A stretch of 64,000 bases of DNA from an uncultured Thiotrichaceae bacterium. GTDB lineage: Bacteria; Pseudomonadota; Gammaproteobacteria; SZUA-229. The position numbers were made by a program, and so were the translations under genes. The notes beneath the pieces are model-generated. The model was not told the DNA's origin. It was given only the letters and a program-made list of their open reading frames with translations, and made no database searches. This document shows, piece by piece, positions 21,569 to 33,378 of the stretch (its first letter is position 1; every line of letters begins with the position of its first letter). The stretch is taken from positions 17,736 through 81,735 of the forward strand of contig CAYTUK010000007.1 in the NCBI GenBank assembly GCA_964441285.1, read 5' to 3'.

Positions 21569-23740
21569 ATGCAAGGTACTCAACGCTTCAACCGGATTAC
21601 ACAGGATTATTCTATCAATGAGTTCCTCTGTCAGCTAACGGGTGCAGAGGTTAAAACAAATAGTTTATTGCGCGCAGCCTGCGATCTGGTCTGGGATTTA
21701 CCCGCCGAGGGGAGTCTGCCATCCAGCCTGGATGTTGCACTATTATTGAGTGAATTGGGTGCCGATGAAATCACCTTAACAGCCGCATTATTAAGTAGTT
21801 CTCGGCTACAGCCAAAAGTGACTCCACATAAACTGGCGCAGCAGTTTGGGGGTGGAATTATGAAGTTGGTTAACAGCGTGTTACAGCTTCATAACTTTCA
21901 GAGTGAAAAAATAAATAGTACGCCGGAACAGGCTGAGCGGCTTCGCCGGATGTTGTTATCAATGGTGGATGATGTCCGTGCGGTGTTGATTAAAATGGCA
22001 TATCGGGTACAACGCTTGCGTCAGTTGAAACTGGCAACCCCTGATGAACAGATTGAGATCGCACGAGAAAGCCTGGAAATATTTGCGCCCATCGCCAATC
22101 GTCTGGGTATGGGGCAGCTAAAATGGGAACTTGAAGATCTTGCCTTTCGTTATCTTGACCCCGCGATTTATAAATCAGTTGCAGCACACCTCGATGAGAA
22201 ACGTGATGAGCGTGAACAATTTATTCATGATTTTGTTGAAAAACTCAAAGACATAACTACACAGGAAGGTATCTCGGTCGATATATATGGTCGTCCAAAA
22301 CATATTTACAGTATCTGGAAAAAAATGTTAGCTAAACAGCGCAGCTTTGATGAACTGTTTGATGTGCGAGCGGTGCGTGTTGTAGTCGATTCTATTGCAA
22401 AATGTTATGTGGTGCTGGGTCTTGTGCATGCACAATGGCGTCACATCGATAAAGAGTTTGATGATTATATTGCGAACCCTAAAAAAAATGGTTATCAGTC
22501 TTTACATACCGCTGTTTTTGGTTCGCAGGGTAAACCTGTTGAAGTGCAGATTCGCACAAAAAAAATGCATGAATTTGCTGAATATGGAGTGGCTGCACAC
22601 TGGCGTTATAAAGAAGCAGGTAATGATAGTGCAAAGTTGCAGGCAAATATCGACTCATTAAGAAAATTGCTCGATACATCACAAACCAGTGATGAAGAAT
22701 TACTGGAAGATTTTCAGTCTGAAATGTTTCAGGATAGAGTTTTTGTACTAACACCTGAAGGTCGAGTAATTGATTTACCCGAAGGTGCGACACCACTGGA
22801 TTTTGCTTATGCGGTGCACACGGAAATTGGCCATCGTTGTCGTGGTGCTAAAGTTAATGGCCGTATTGTACAGCTGACCTACTTGTTACAAAGTGGTCAG
22901 CGTGTAGAAATTCTAACGACGAAGGAAGCGGCACCGAGGCGTAACTGGATGATCACACACCTGGGTTTTATAAAAACTTCACGGGCACGTAATCGTATCC
23001 GTAGTTGGTATAGAAAACAGGATCGCGAAAAAAATTGTCAGGGTGGGAAAACTATTTTTGAGCGTGAGTTAAAACGTCATGGCGTTAAACCCTCAATCGA
23101 TAAAATTGTTAGTCATTTTAAACAGAATTCCATTGATGATCTGTATGTAAGTTTGGGTTGCGGCGATATTAGCGAAGCGCAGTTATCTTCAATTTTGCAT
23201 GAATTTATTGTCGAAAATGCGCCGCTTACATTCCCTGTTCATTCGAGGGATCAAAGAAATAAAAATGATAAGTCTGGTGGTAGTATTAATGTTCTGGGGG
23301 TTGGTAATTTACTTACCAGTATTGCTAATTGTTGTATGCCAGTACCGTATGATGAAATTATTGGTTATATTACCAAAGACAAAGGTGTGAGCGTACACCG
23401 TAAAGATTGCAAAAATATTCTTTACCTGAAAGAAAAAGATCAGCCACGGTTGATTGAAGTCGAATGGGGTGATACGGATGTGCGGAGTTACCCGGTTAAT
23501 ATTCTAATTAATGCAATTGACCGTCACGGACTACTGAGTGATATTACCTCAACCTTGTCTATGGATAAAATTAATGTAATTGCAGTCAATACGCAGTCAA
23601 ATAAAAGTGATCAGACAGCACGAATGGCAGTTACTATTGAAATACGTGACTTGCAACAACTGAATCGAGTGATAGATAAACTCAGCCTGCTAAGAAATGT
23701 ACAGCAGGTTCGTCGTGGTACTAACGGTGAACATAACTAA
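21569..23740 (+). CDS. relA: (p)ppGpp synthetase RelA
   Basis: Degenerate HD domain, GRPKHIYSIW, EFDDY, YQSLHT, EVQIRT, TGS and ACT domains. Confidence 0.92.
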   Translation: MQGTQRFNRITQDYSINEFLCQLTGAEVKTNSLLRAACDLVWDLPAEGSLPSSLDVALLLSELGADEITLTAALLSSSRLQPKVTPHKLAQQFGGGIMKLVNSVLQLHNFQSEKINSTPEQAERLRRMLLSMVDDVRAVLIKMAYRVQRLRQLKLATPDEQIEIARESLEIFAPIANRLGMGQLKWELEDLAFRYLDPAIYKSVAAHLDEKRDEREQFIHDFVEKLKDITTQEGISVDIYGRPKHIYSIWKKMLAKQRSFDELFDVRAVRVVVDSIAKCYVVLGLVHAQWRHIDKEFDDYIANPKKNGYQSLHTAVFGSQGKPVEVQIRTKKMHEFAEYGVAAHWRYKEAGNDSAKLQANIDSLRKLLDTSQTSDEELLEDFQSEMFQDRVFVLTPEGRVIDLPEGATPLDFAYAVHTEIGHRCRGAKVNGRIVQLTYLLQSGQRVEILTTKEAAPRRNWMITHLGFIKTSRARNRIRSWYRKQDREKNCQGGKTIFERELKRHGVKPSIDKIVSHFKQNSIDDLYVSLGCGDISEAQLSSILHEFIVENAPLTFPVHSRDQRNKNDKSGGSINVLGVGNLLTSIANCCMPVPYDEIIGYITKDKGVSVHRKDCKNILYLKEKDQPRLIEVEWGDTDVRSYPVNILINAIDRHGLLSDITSTLSMDKINVIAVNTQSNKSDQTARMAVTIEIRDLQQLNRVIDKLSLLRNVQQVRRGTNGEHN

Positions 23741-23757
23741 AATTTTCCAATTAAAAT

Positions 23758-25110
23758 TTATCGCATGGTGACCAGCTCTTCCGCACTGGTGGGATGAATG
23801 GCAATGGTATCATCCAGATCTTTTTTGGTCGCTCCCATGCGTATTGCCACTGCAAATCCCTGTAACATTTCATCAGCGCCAGGGCCGATAATGTGGCAGC
23901 CAATAACTTTTTCCTGTGCTCCGATCACCACCAGTTTTATCGATGTCTTGATTTCATGCTCGGTTAATGCGTTATACATGGCGGTAAAACGTGTCTGGTA
24001 AATTTTTACCGCTTCACCATGAATTTCACGGGCCTGGGTTTCAGTGAGTCCAATGGTTGCAATGGGCGGGTGGCTAAAGACAACAGTGGGGATGTTATTG
24101 TAATCTAAGTGTCTATCTGTTTGATGGTTATATAAGCGATCTGCAAGGCGACGGCCAGCGGCAATTGCGACTGGTGTCAAGGGTGCACGGCCACAAACAT
24201 CCCCCAATGCGAAGATATTATCAATATTGGTGTTCTGGAAATCATCAACCTGAATATACCCCTTTTCATCCAGCTTGACACCGGCGTTATCCAGTCCGAG
24301 CGCCTGTGTCTGCGGTTGGCGGCCAATGGCCCAGATTAAGTGGTCGATATTTTTATTCTCACCACCCTTGTCACAGGTTAATGTAAGCTTCCCATTGGAC
24401 TGTTTTTGTATATCAGTAATTTGTGAGCGAGGTAAGATATTAATGCCATCATCAATCATGGTTTCCATCAAATTCTCTCGTAACATGGCATCAAATTCGC
24501 GGAGCACATGACCTTTACGCAGATACATCACGACTTCAGTTCCCAGGCTGTTTAATACACCGGCGATTTCAACTGCGATATACCCCGAGCCAACAATGGC
24601 GACACGCTCAGGTTGTTGTGTTAGCGCAAAAAAACCATCCGAGCTAATGCCGTGTTTTGCACCACTGGTAGGGGGAATAACAGGTACTGTACCGGTGGCA
24701 ATGGCAATATGTCTGGCATGGAGAGTCCGTCCATTCACGTCAATGGTATGAGCATCAATAAACACAGCAGAGCCCTGTATTTCATCTATATTCGAGTCTT
24801 TTAAATACTGATGATACCAGCTGTTGATTTTGTTGATGTAGGCCTCGCGTTTATCGACCAGTTGTTGCCAGTCAAAACCTTCTTTCTTCAGGCTAAAGCC
24901 ATAGCTTTTAGCATCCATTATGGACTGCTGTAAGCTTGCTGCGTACCACATGATTTTTTTAGGCACACAGCCAACATTGACACAGGTACCCCCCATTTTT
25001 CCTGATTCAATTAAGGCAACTTTTTTACCATATAAGGCGGCACGTTCGGCAATGGACAAACCCCCACTACCGCCGCCGATAGCAATTAGATCGTAATCAA
25101 ATTTTTTCAT
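23758..25110 (-). CDS. gor: Glutathione reductase
   Basis: [35 protein letters not shown]. Confidence 0.96.
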   Translation of the reverse strand: MKKFDYDLIAIGGGSGGLSIAERAALYGKKVALIESGKMGGTCVNVGCVPKKIMWYAASLQQSIMDAKSYGFSLKKEGFDWQQLVDKREAYINKINSWYHQYLKDSNIDEIQGSAVFIDAHTIDVNGRTLHARHIAIATGTVPVIPPTSGAKHGISSDGFFALTQQPERVAIVGSGYIAVEIAGVLNSLGTEVVMYLRKGHVLREFDAMLRENLMETMIDDGINILPRSQITDIQKQSNGKLTLTCDKGGENKNIDHLIWAIGRQPQTQALGLDNAGVKLDEKGYIQVDDFQNTNIDNIFALGDVCGRAPLTPVAIAAGRRLADRLYNHQTDRHLDYNNIPTVVFSHPPIATIGLTETQAREIHGEAVKIYQTRFTAMYNALTEHEIKTSIKLVVIGAQEKVIGCHIIGPGADEMLQGFAVAIRMGATKKDLDDTIAIHPTSAEELVTMR

Positions 25111-25239
25111 GTCTATTTAGTGAGTGTGTTTATGGACAAAGGCGATAGTATGTCGGTTTTTATTAAAAACAGACAGCGTGTTGTTTATTCACGGCCTTGC
25201 TGCAATGCCTTTTATTTTAAGTCATTGTCTGATATTTAT

Positions 25240-25370
25240 TACTGAAACGAATGAAAAGGCTGCCCATGGTTAAAGACACGCGGTGAATACATCCATGTCG
25301 GCTCGACATCCGCATCCCTGCGGTTGACGGTCTTGAACAATGGGTAACCTTTTCATCTGTACTGTTAGTA
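25240..25370 (-). repeat. Family A repeat, copy 3 (131 bp, near consensus)
   Basis: TACTGAAAC...GTTAGTA ends; core on the minus strand with both GGA motifs intact. Confidence 0.93.
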
Positions 25371-25530
25371 GTATACATAAATTATCCATTTGCGGGGCTA
25401 CAGTAATCGACCGCACTAAGGTAAAATTAGCCGATTAATAATTATTCCAACTGAGTTTTCTGACTTGAACTGCCATTAAAATCAGTTGGCTGTCTTCTTT
25501 TTTATGCTCTCTTACATTCTGGAACGCAAT

Positions 25531-26787
25531 ATGGCTTTTGAAAAAATTGAAATCCCGGTAACGGGTGAGAAAATAACGGTTAATGCCGATTATTCTTTAA
25601 ATGTCCCTGATCAGCCCATTATTCCTTTTATTGAAGGGGATGGTATTGGTGTCGATATTACGCCAGTGATGCAGTCAGTAGTGAATGCAGCGGTTGAAAA
25701 AGCCTATGCAGGCAAGAAAAAAATTGCCTGGATGGAGGTTTATGCGGGTGAAAAAGCCAATAAGGTTTATGGCAGTGAACGCTGGATGCCGGATGAAACC
25801 ATGCAGGTCATTAAAGACTATGTGGTCTCCATTAAAGGTCCGTTAACCACACCAGTTGGTGGTGGTATACGCTCATTAAATGTGCTCCTGCGGCAGACGC
25901 TTGATCTGTATGTCTGTCAGCGTCCAGTACGTTATTTTGCAGGTTGCCCAAGTCCGGTTAAAGCGCCAGAAAAGACAGATATGGTGATTTTTCGTGAGAA
26001 TGCAGAAGATATTTATGCCGGTATTGAGTGGGAGGCGGGCTCGGTTGAGGTTAAAAAAGTGATTAATTTTCTGCAAAATGAGATGGGCGTTACCCAGATT
26101 CGTTTTCCAGAAACATCGGGGATTGGTATCAAACCTGTCTCCAGTGAAGGCACTAAACGCTTGGTGCGCAAAGCCATTCAATATGCGATTGATAATGATC
26201 GCGATTCACTGACACTGGTACATAAAGGCAATATAATGAAATTTACCGAAGGTGGGTTTAAAACCTGGGGTTACGAACTTGTCAGAGATGAGTTTGGTGC
26301 GACATTGCTCGATGATGGCCCCTGGTACAGGGTAAAGAATCCGAATACGGGTAAAAATATTATTATTAAAGATGTGATTGCAGATGCCTTTTTACAGGAA
26401 ATTCTGCTTCATCCTGAACAATACAGTGTGATTGCGACATTGAATCTGAATGGCGACTATATCTCTGACGCACTTGCGGCGCAGGTGGGTGGTATTGGTA
26501 TCGCTCCGGGGGCAAACTTGTCCGATAGTATTGGCCTGTTTGAGGCCACACATGGAACTGCACCGAAATTTGCAGGCCAGAATAAGGTGAATCCTGGTTC
26601 CATTATTCTGTCAGCAGAAATGATGTTAAGGCATTTGGGCTGGCTTGAAGCCGCAGAGCTGATTATTAATGGCGTATCAGGTGCAATTCGCTCTGGCTCT
26701 GTCACCTTTGACCTTGCTGATTTAATGGCAGGCGCAACCGAAGTGAGCTGTACAGATTTTGGTGAGGCAATTGTCCGTGCCATGTAA
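25531..26787 (+). CDS. icd: Homodimeric isocitrate dehydrogenase
   Basis: [52 protein letters not shown]. Confidence 0.96.
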   Translation: MAFEKIEIPVTGEKITVNADYSLNVPDQPIIPFIEGDGIGVDITPVMQSVVNAAVEKAYAGKKKIAWMEVYAGEKANKVYGSERWMPDETMQVIKDYVVSIKGPLTTPVGGGIRSLNVLLRQTLDLYVCQRPVRYFAGCPSPVKAPEKTDMVIFRENAEDIYAGIEWEAGSVEVKKVINFLQNEMGVTQIRFPETSGIGIKPVSSEGTKRLVRKAIQYAIDNDRDSLTLVHKGNIMKFTEGGFKTWGYELVRDEFGATLLDDGPWYRVKNPNTGKNIIIKDVIADAFLQEILLHPEQYSVIATLNLNGDYISDALAAQVGGIGIAPGANLSDSIGLFEATHGTAPKFAGQNKVNPGSIILSAEMMLRHLGWLEAAELIINGVSGAIRSGSVTFDLADLMAGATEVSCTDFGEAIVRAM

Positions 26788-26904
26788 AACTGAGTGGCTG
26801 AATACAGTCTATAGATTGACCGGTTATGAAGATAAAATTGTGGTATAAATTTATGCTGGTATTTAGAAAAAATGAACAGTATGTTCTACACTGAAAGGTA
26901 AGAC

Positions 26905-27228
26905 ATGAGTAATTCTGATTTTGATCATGACTATGATAGTGGTCTCGCGGTTGAAGAAGACAAACCGAAACTGAAACCACCAAAGCGATATAAGGTCGTA
27001 ATTAACAATGATGATTTTACTCCAATGGAATTTGTGGTGCAGGTACTGGTTATGTTCTTCGCAATGGACAATGCTAAAGCAACACGGGTGATGATGTCTG
27101 TGCATACAAAAGGCAAAGGTATTTGTGGTAGTTATAGCCATGAAATTGCAGAAACTAAAGTGGATCAGGTGAATGAGTTTTCACGGATTAACCAGCATCC
27201 ACTGCTATGCACGATGGAAGCAGAATAA
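26905..27228 (+). CDS. clpS: Clp protease adaptor ClpS
   Basis: PPKRYKV..NNDDFTPMEFVV, VHTKGKG, HPLLCTME. Confidence 0.96.
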   Translation: MSNSDFDHDYDSGLAVEEDKPKLKPPKRYKVVINNDDFTPMEFVVQVLVMFFAMDNAKATRVMMSVHTKGKGICGSYSHEIAETKVDQVNEFSRINQHPLLCTMEAE

Positions 27229-27271
27229 TCAGGGAAGTTAATTGTATTAATTCCTGTCGATAGGTGCTGAC

Positions 27272-29536
27272 ATGTTAAGTAAAGAGCTGGAATCATCATT
27301 AAACAAAGCGTTTAATGATGCGCGCGAAAAACGCCATGAATACATTACGGTCGAGCATTTGTTGCTGTCGCTGTTAAACAATAACAGCGCCAACATTGTC
27401 TTACAGGCCTGTGGTGCGGATATCGAATTATTGAGCGTTGAGCTGATTGAATACCTTAACCATAATACCCCCGTCTTTGGTGACGTTGTTGGCGGTGAGG
27501 TACAGCCCACTTTGGGTTTTCAGCGCGTCCTGCAACGTGCCGTTTTTCATGTGCAATCTTCAGGAAAAAAAGAAGTGGTTGGAGCCAATGTACTCGTTGC
27601 CATGTTTGGTGAGCAGGAATCGCAGGCGGTTTATCTATTAAACCAGCAGAATGTAAACCGTCTTGATATTGTTAACTATATTTCTCACGGCATTACGAAA
27701 GTTCCTAACGAAACTGAAAAGCTTGAAGATCACTCGGAACAGACCGTCTCAACTGAGACTGAAGCACAACCACTGGAAAATTTTGCAACCAACCTGAATC
27801 AGCGTGCGATGCGTGGTCTGGTTGACCCATTGATCGGGCGTGATGCTGAAGTTGAGCGTACGGTTCAGGTATTGTGTCGGCGTAGAAAAAATAATCCACT
27901 GCTAGTCGGTGAAGCAGGCGTAGGGAAAACGGCGCTGGCCGAGGGACTGGCAAAACGTATTGTTGATAAGGAAGTGCCAGAAGTACTGCTGAATAACACC
28001 ATCTATTCACTGGATCTGGGTTCGTTGGTGGCGGGTACAAAATACCGTGGTGATTTTGAAAAAAGGCTTAAGGGTATATTAAAACAGCTTAAGCAAACCC
28101 CCGGTGCCATTTTATTTATTGATGAGATACATACCATTATTGGTGCAGGTTCGGCTTCGGGTGGTGTAATGGATGCATCGAATCTGATTAAACCCATGCT
28201 GGCAAGCGGTGAGCTTAAATGTATCGGTTCAACCACGTACACTGAATTTAGAAGCGTTTTCGAAAAAGATCATGCGCTTGCACGCCGGTTTCAGAAAATT
28301 GATCTGGAAGAACCCAGCGTCGAAGAAACCGTCGAAATTTTGAAAGGGTTAAAAACGCGCTTTGAAGAACATCATGATGTTAAATATAGCAATAATGCTC
28401 TGCGTGCGGCGGCGGAATTATCCGAGCGTTACATCATGGACCGTTTTTTACCTGACAAGGCCATTGACGTTATTGATGAAGCTGGTGCAAGTCGTCAGCT
28501 ACAATCGAGTGTGGCACGTAAAGTGAACAAAAAATCAATCAATGTGCATGATATTGAAGGCATTGTTGCAAGCATTGCCCGAATTCCTGCGAAAACAGTT
28601 AATACAACGGACACGGAAATGTTAAAAAATCTTGAGCGCGACTTAAACATGGTTGTTTTTGGTCAGGCTGAAGCAATTAGTTCACTGGTCACCTCTATTC
28701 GTATGGCACGTTCTGGTCTTGCCGACCCTGAAAAACCGATTGGCTCCTTCCTGTTCGCCGGACCGACAGGGGTGGGAAAAACAGAAGTTTGTCGGCAGCT
28801 TGCAAGTGTTCTGGGTGTCGAATTAATTCGTTTTGATATGTCTGAATACATGGAGCGTCATACCGTATCGAGATTGATTGGTGCACCGCCAGGTTATGTT
28901 GGTTTTGATGATGGTGGTTTGTTGACAGAAGCGGTAAATAAACAACCACATTGTGTTTTATTGCTGGATGAAATAGAAAAAGCACACTCTGAAGTATTTA
29001 ATATTTTATTACAGGTCATGGATCACGGCACTTTAACCGACAGTAACGGGCGTAAAACAGATTTTCGGAATGCCATTTTAGTCATGACCAGTAATGCAGG
29101 TGCGCAGTTGATTTCACGTCGTTCAATGGGCTTTACTGAGCAGCAAAATGAACTCGATGGGATGGAAGAAATTAAGAAAATATTTACCCCGGAATTCAGA
29201 AATCGTCTGGATTCCATTGTTCATTTTGATCCACTGGATGCGCATGCGCTGGCAAATGTTGTGGATAAATTCCTGATAGCACTTGAAATGCAGCTCAACG
29301 AGAAAAAAGTGACACTAAGTGTGGATAAGGCAGCTCGTGCCTGGCTGGCAGAAAAAGGTTATGACCCAAAAATGGGTGCAAGGCCGATGGCGCGAGTTAT
29401 TCAGGAGCAGGTAAAAAAACCGTTGGCGGATGAACTGCTATTTGGGGAACTCAAAAAAGGCGGCCAGGTAACCGTGACAGTTACGGCTGAAAATACGCTG
29501 AATATTGCAGTCGAATCTGAGTCACTCAAGGCCTGA
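27272..29536 (+). CDS. clpA: ATP-dependent Clp protease ATP-binding subunit
   Basis: Two AAA modules ([16 protein letters not shown]); [13 protein letters not shown]. Confidence 0.97.
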   Translation: MLSKELESSLNKAFNDAREKRHEYITVEHLLLSLLNNNSANIVLQACGADIELLSVELIEYLNHNTPVFGDVVGGEVQPTLGFQRVLQRAVFHVQSSGKKEVVGANVLVAMFGEQESQAVYLLNQQNVNRLDIVNYISHGITKVPNETEKLEDHSEQTVSTETEAQPLENFATNLNQRAMRGLVDPLIGRDAEVERTVQVLCRRRKNNPLLVGEAGVGKTALAEGLAKRIVDKEVPEVLLNNTIYSLDLGSLVAGTKYRGDFEKRLKGILKQLKQTPGAILFIDEIHTIIGAGSASGGVMDASNLIKPMLASGELKCIGSTTYTEFRSVFEKDHALARRFQKIDLEEPSVEETVEILKGLKTRFEEHHDVKYSNNALRAAAELSERYIMDRFLPDKAIDVIDEAGASRQLQSSVARKVNKKSINVHDIEGIVASIARIPAKTVNTTDTEMLKNLERDLNMVVFGQAEAISSLVTSIRMARSGLADPEKPIGSFLFAGPTGVGKTEVCRQLASVLGVELIRFDMSEYMERHTVSRLIGAPPGYVGFDDGGLLTEAVNKQPHCVLLLDEIEKAHSEVFNILLQVMDHGTLTDSNGRKTDFRNAILVMTSNAGAQLISRRSMGFTEQQNELDGMEEIKKIFTPEFRNRLDSIVHFDPLDAHALANVVDKFLIALEMQLNEKKVTLSVDKAARAWLAEKGYDPKMGARPMARVIQEQVKKPLADELLFGELKKGGQVTVTVTAENTLNIAVESESLKA

Positions 29537-29653
29537 TACCTGCCTGGAATAAAGTGAAGTGCTGAGGTGCGCTTAATGCGGGAAATTGGTCGATTGTACG
29601 ACCAGATTCGATTTGTCAGAATGGCTTGCTGTTGCTCGAATCGGCACGAGAAA

Positions 29654-29689
29654 ATAAAAAAGGTCTGGGTGAAAACAGACCTTTTTTAT
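29654..29689. terminator. Bidirectional intrinsic terminator between clpA and infA
   Basis: ATAAAAAAGGTCTG-GGTGAAAA-CAGACCTTTTTTAT. Confidence 0.85.
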
Positions 29690-29700
29690 GGCTGAATGCA

Positions 29701-29919
29701 TTATTTAGCGCGGTAGATAATGCGGCCTTTCTCAAGGTCGTAAGGAGTTAGTTCAACGGTTACTTTATCACCAGTCATAATTCGAATGTAATGCTTGCGC
29801 ATTTTACCTGAAATATGCGCGATCACAGTGTGACCATTTTCGAGTTCAACGCGGAACATTGTGTTAGGCAGGGTTTCTGTTACCGTGCCTTCCATTTGTA
29901 TTGCTTCTTCTTTAGCCAT
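29701..29919 (-). CDS. infA: Translation initiation factor IF-1
   Basis: [29 protein letters not shown]...AHISGKMR. Confidence 0.98.
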   Translation of the reverse strand: MAKEEAIQMEGTVTETLPNTMFRVELENGHTVIAHISGKMRKHYIRIMTGDKVTVELTPYDLEKGRIIYRAK

Positions 29920-30098
29920 GGTTTACCAGTTTTAGTGTGCGAGTGAGTCGATGCAGCTTACCTTCGATAGAGCCGGCGAGGTTTATCTGCATAACGACTA
30001 AATTTCCGTCTTTTATAAAAGTTGCGCAATTATCGTCGTTTTTGGCGTAAGCGCAAGTGTTTTTATCGCGAATCGGTTATTTTGCCACTAATTGTAAT

Positions 30099-30980
30099 TT
30101 ATTGGACGTGTATTTTAGCTGCTACGAGCTTTTTGTTCGTTTTTTTTCTCTGTGACTGAGTGTTAGTGATTTTTTTCGGTAGCATCAAAACTGGGTCAAT
30201 TAAAACCTGATTAGCAATAACAGCAAAGTGAAGGTGTGGGCCAGTCGCACGGCCAGTATGACCAACCTCACCAATAATATCGCCCTGTTTGACTTTGTCT
30301 CCCGGTTTTACATTGATTTTACTGAGGTGTGCATAAAGACTGATAATGCCTTCGCCGTGATTGATGAAAATCATATTACCACTGAAAAAGAAGTTGCCAG
30401 CATCAATAACAGTCCCATCAGCGGCCGCTTTGATGGGTGTCCCTTCGGGTACCGCAATGTCCAGACCATTGTGTGGCCGACGTTCCTGGCCATTAAAGAA
30501 GCGCCTTAAACCAAAAATACTACTAATAGGTCCCGTTACCGGCCAGATGAAATTTACTCTGGGCGTGTTTTTGGTAAACAGGTGTTTGGCTTTCTTCTTG
30601 CGTTTACTTTCTGCAATGATACGCAGCATATCTTTTTTATTGGGATTTACTTCACGTTTATTTTTAATGCTGAGATACTGTCTCCGGTATTTTTTCGGTT
30701 TAATATGAATTTTTACATTAAGCGTTAAACCATCAGGCTGGTGGATTGAAAACGCATAATCACCTGGCCTGGTTTTAAGTCCAATACCGGCAAGCGCTAC
30801 CCAGCTATTTTTGTAAGCAAAAACGGCAACGTGTTTACCGTTGAAAAAAATCTGTGTTTTACGGGTGTAATTGGGTAGTTGTAATAATGCAATGCCACCC
30901 GGTACTAACGCCTGTTGGGGGTGAGCAAACAGTGAGGGCGAAACAATAGCGAGTAGTAAGAGTAATATCAGGGGTTTCAT
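30099..30980 (-). CDS. M23 family peptidoglycan DD-metalloendopeptidase
   Basis: Signal peptide; FGLRRFFNGQ.R.PHNGLDIA, YAHL, GRATGPHLH. Confidence 0.92.
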   Translation of the reverse strand: MKPLILLLLLAIVSPSLFAHPQQALVPGGIALLQLPNYTRKTQIFFNGKHVAVFAYKNSWVALAGIGLKTRPGDYAFSIHQPDGLTLNVKIHIKPKKYRRQYLSIKNKREVNPNKKDMLRIIAESKRKKKAKHLFTKNTPRVNFIWPVTGPISSIFGLRRFFNGQERRPHNGLDIAVPEGTPIKAAADGTVIDAGNFFFSGNMIFINHGEGIISLYAHLSKINVKPGDKVKQGDIIGEVGHTGRATGPHLHFAVIANQVLIDPVLMLPKKITNTQSQRKKTNKKLVAAKIHVQ

Positions 30981-31013
30981 CGAAAGAAATTATTGTATTT
31001 TTTATTCGTCTGT

Positions 31014-31144
31014 TACTTAACAGAATGGATGAAAAGATACCTGGTGTTCAAGACCGTCAGCCGCAGGGATGCGGGTGTCGAGCTTGCATGGAGGTGTTTA
31101 CAGCGTGTCTTGAACAATTAGATATCCCTTTATCTGTTTCAGTA
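31014..31144 (+). repeat. Family A repeat, copy 4
   Basis: TACTTAACAG...GTTCAAGACCGTCAGCCGCAGGGATGCGGG...GTTTCAGTA. Confidence 0.9.
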
Positions 31145-31294
31145 ATATGTCAGCCTGCGGCTGTGAGCCTATACTACGCGCAATTTTGGTTAATGTTAAT
31201 ACTTCAGTGGAAGCGTAAAATAGACCATCTCGGCGGAGAGTTGACTGAATTGGTTGGCTCGATAGATTGGCTAACAAAAAAAGTAAAAACCACG

Positions 31295-32455
31295 ATGACA
31301 CAGATTCAGCTATCACAACGTGCGGTGCAGCTAAAACCCTTTCATGTAATGGCGATACTTGCGCGTGCAAAACAACTGGAGGCGCAGGGGCGCTCAATTA
31401 TCCACCTCGAAGTTGGAGAGCCAGATTTCGCCACTGCACCGGCTGTCATTGAGGCGGGTCTTGTCGCGTTAAATACCCATAAAATACATTACACTCCGGC
31501 AACAGGATTGCCTGAGTTACGGCAGGCGGTTGCTGACTATTATCAGCGAAAATTTAAACTCTCCATTGATGCAAAGCGCATTATTATTACTCCAGGGGCA
31601 TCCGGGGCGCTACAACTTGCATTATTAGCACTGCTTGATGCAGGTGAGAGTGTTGTACTGACCGATCCGGGTTACCCCTGTAATCGGAATATTGTACAGA
31701 TACTGGCTGGTGAAGTTATTCCTGTTCCAGTAACTGCAGAGAGTAACTATCAATTAACAGCTGAACACATTGAGCAGTACTGGCAAGCACTAACCCGTGT
31801 TGCAATGGTGGCGAGTCCGTCTAACCCTACAGGGACATTAATTGATTCTAAGCAACTGCAACAGTTGATTGCAGCGGTAGGTAGAAAAAAAGGTCGGCTG
31901 ATTATTGATGAGATTTATCAGGGGCTGGTTTATGATACTGAAGACAGCACGGCTTTGTCACTGTCAGATGACTGTTTTATCATCAATAGTTTTTCTAAGT
32001 ATTTTGGTATGACCGGATGGCGACTGGGCTGGATGGTGGTACCGGATGTTTATGTTGACGTTATTGATCGAATTAGCCAGAATATTTTTCTGGCGGCCTC
32101 AACCATCGCGCAATATGCGGCAATGGCTGCGCTTAAGATCGAAACAGAAACGGTTCTGCAACAGCGAAGCGATGAATTTAAACGCCGTCGAGATTATTTA
32201 TTGCCGGCACTGACATCGCTGGGTTTTGAGTTTGCAGTAAAACCACAGGGCGCTTTTTATCTTTATGCCCGGTGTGTGGCGATGACTGATAATAGTTTTG
32301 CCTGGACACAGCAGCTACTTGAACGCCAGGGCGTTGCGATTGCACCGGGGCTGGATTTCGGCGCGTTTAATGCCCATCAATACTGCCGGTTTGCCTATAC
32401 CCAGCCGGTGGATGTACTTGAGCAGGCAGTTGCCAGAATTAGACAGTTTATCTAA
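31295..32455 (+). CDS. Class I/II PLP-dependent aminotransferase
   Basis: HLEVGEPDF, SPSNPTG, DEIY, NSFSKYFGMTGWRLGW. The ORF-track N-terminal extension is repeat-derived and excluded. Confidence 0.92.
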   Translation: MTQIQLSQRAVQLKPFHVMAILARAKQLEAQGRSIIHLEVGEPDFATAPAVIEAGLVALNTHKIHYTPATGLPELRQAVADYYQRKFKLSIDAKRIIITPGASGALQLALLALLDAGESVVLTDPGYPCNRNIVQILAGEVIPVPVTAESNYQLTAEHIEQYWQALTRVAMVASPSNPTGTLIDSKQLQQLIAAVGRKKGRLIIDEIYQGLVYDTEDSTALSLSDDCFIINSFSKYFGMTGWRLGWMVVPDVYVDVIDRISQNIFLAASTIAQYAAMAALKIETETVLQQRSDEFKRRRDYLLPALTSLGFEFAVKPQGAFYLYARCVAMTDNSFAWTQQLLERQGVAIAPGLDFGAFNAHQYCRFAYTQPVDVLEQAVARIRQFI

Positions 32456-32515
32456 GCCCGATAATCCGTATAAAATAATAAAAAGTAATAGCCATTAGAG
32501 GAATCAGGTAGAAAA

Positions 32516-33331
32516 ATGAACGGTAATATTAAAAAAATGCGGACATCACTGGCACAGCCGGTGCAATACCATTTACCTGTGGGTGATGCGTGTATATCGA
32601 TGAACTCACATATCGGGCAGACAATGACACTTGATTATCTAAATGAAATATATTGTGTAGCCTGTGGCCGTAAAACCAGTAAAAGTTTTGCCCAAGGGCA
32701 TTGTTATCCCTGTTTTCGGCAACTGGCTTCGTGCGACCTGTGTATTATGAAACCTGAGACCTGTCATTATGCAGCGGGTACCTGCCGTGAGCCTGAGTGG
32801 GGTGAGCAAAACTGCTTTCAGCCGCATTATGTTTATCTGGCGAATTCTTCAGGTGTGAAAGTAGGCATTACGCGTGGTTCACAGATACCAACCCGCTGGA
32901 TGGATCAGGGGGCGACGCAGGCTTTGCCAATATTTAAGGTGGCATCACGATATCAGTCGGGTTTGATCGAAGTCGCATTAAAACAGCATGTGTCTGATCG
33001 GACAGACTGGCGTAAAATGCTTAAGGCAGATGCTGAGTCCGTTGATCTATATCAGCTTCGTGATGATTTACTGACTCAGTGTGAAGCTGAAATAGATACC
33101 ATTCAGCGACAATATGGTGAAGCAGAAATTGCGCGAATAGATGAATCAATCGTCGAAATAAAGTACCCTGTTGATGCATACCCTGCAAAAATTAAATCAC
33201 TGAATTTTGATAAACAGCCACAGATTGAAGGTAAATTATCAGGGATCAAAGGCCAGTATCTAATCCTTGATGGCGGCGTACTCAATATCCGTAAGTTTTC
33301 AGGATATAACCTCAGTATTGATTTTCATTAA
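32516..33331 (+). CDS. DUF2797 domain (Cys-rich, zinc-binding) protein
   Basis: CVACGRKT.KSF.QG.CYPC, CD.CIMKPE.CHY, H.VYLANSSG.KVGITR..QIPTRW.DQGA. Confidence 0.85.
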   Translation: MNGNIKKMRTSLAQPVQYHLPVGDACISMNSHIGQTMTLDYLNEIYCVACGRKTSKSFAQGHCYPCFRQLASCDLCIMKPETCHYAAGTCREPEWGEQNCFQPHYVYLANSSGVKVGITRGSQIPTRWMDQGATQALPIFKVASRYQSGLIEVALKQHVSDRTDWRKMLKADAESVDLYQLRDDLLTQCEAEIDTIQRQYGEAEIARIDESIVEIKYPVDAYPAKIKSLNFDKQPQIEGKLSGIKGQYLILDGGVLNIRKFSGYNLSIDFH

Positions 33332-33378
33332 GCGATAGACCTTAAGCATAAAAATTAATTTTATCAGGAGTTATTGTT

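Noticed and set aside
21569-22100. Degenerate HD motif in the RSH protein as a sign of pseudogenisation
   Set aside because: A dead hydrolase domain is normal for RelA.
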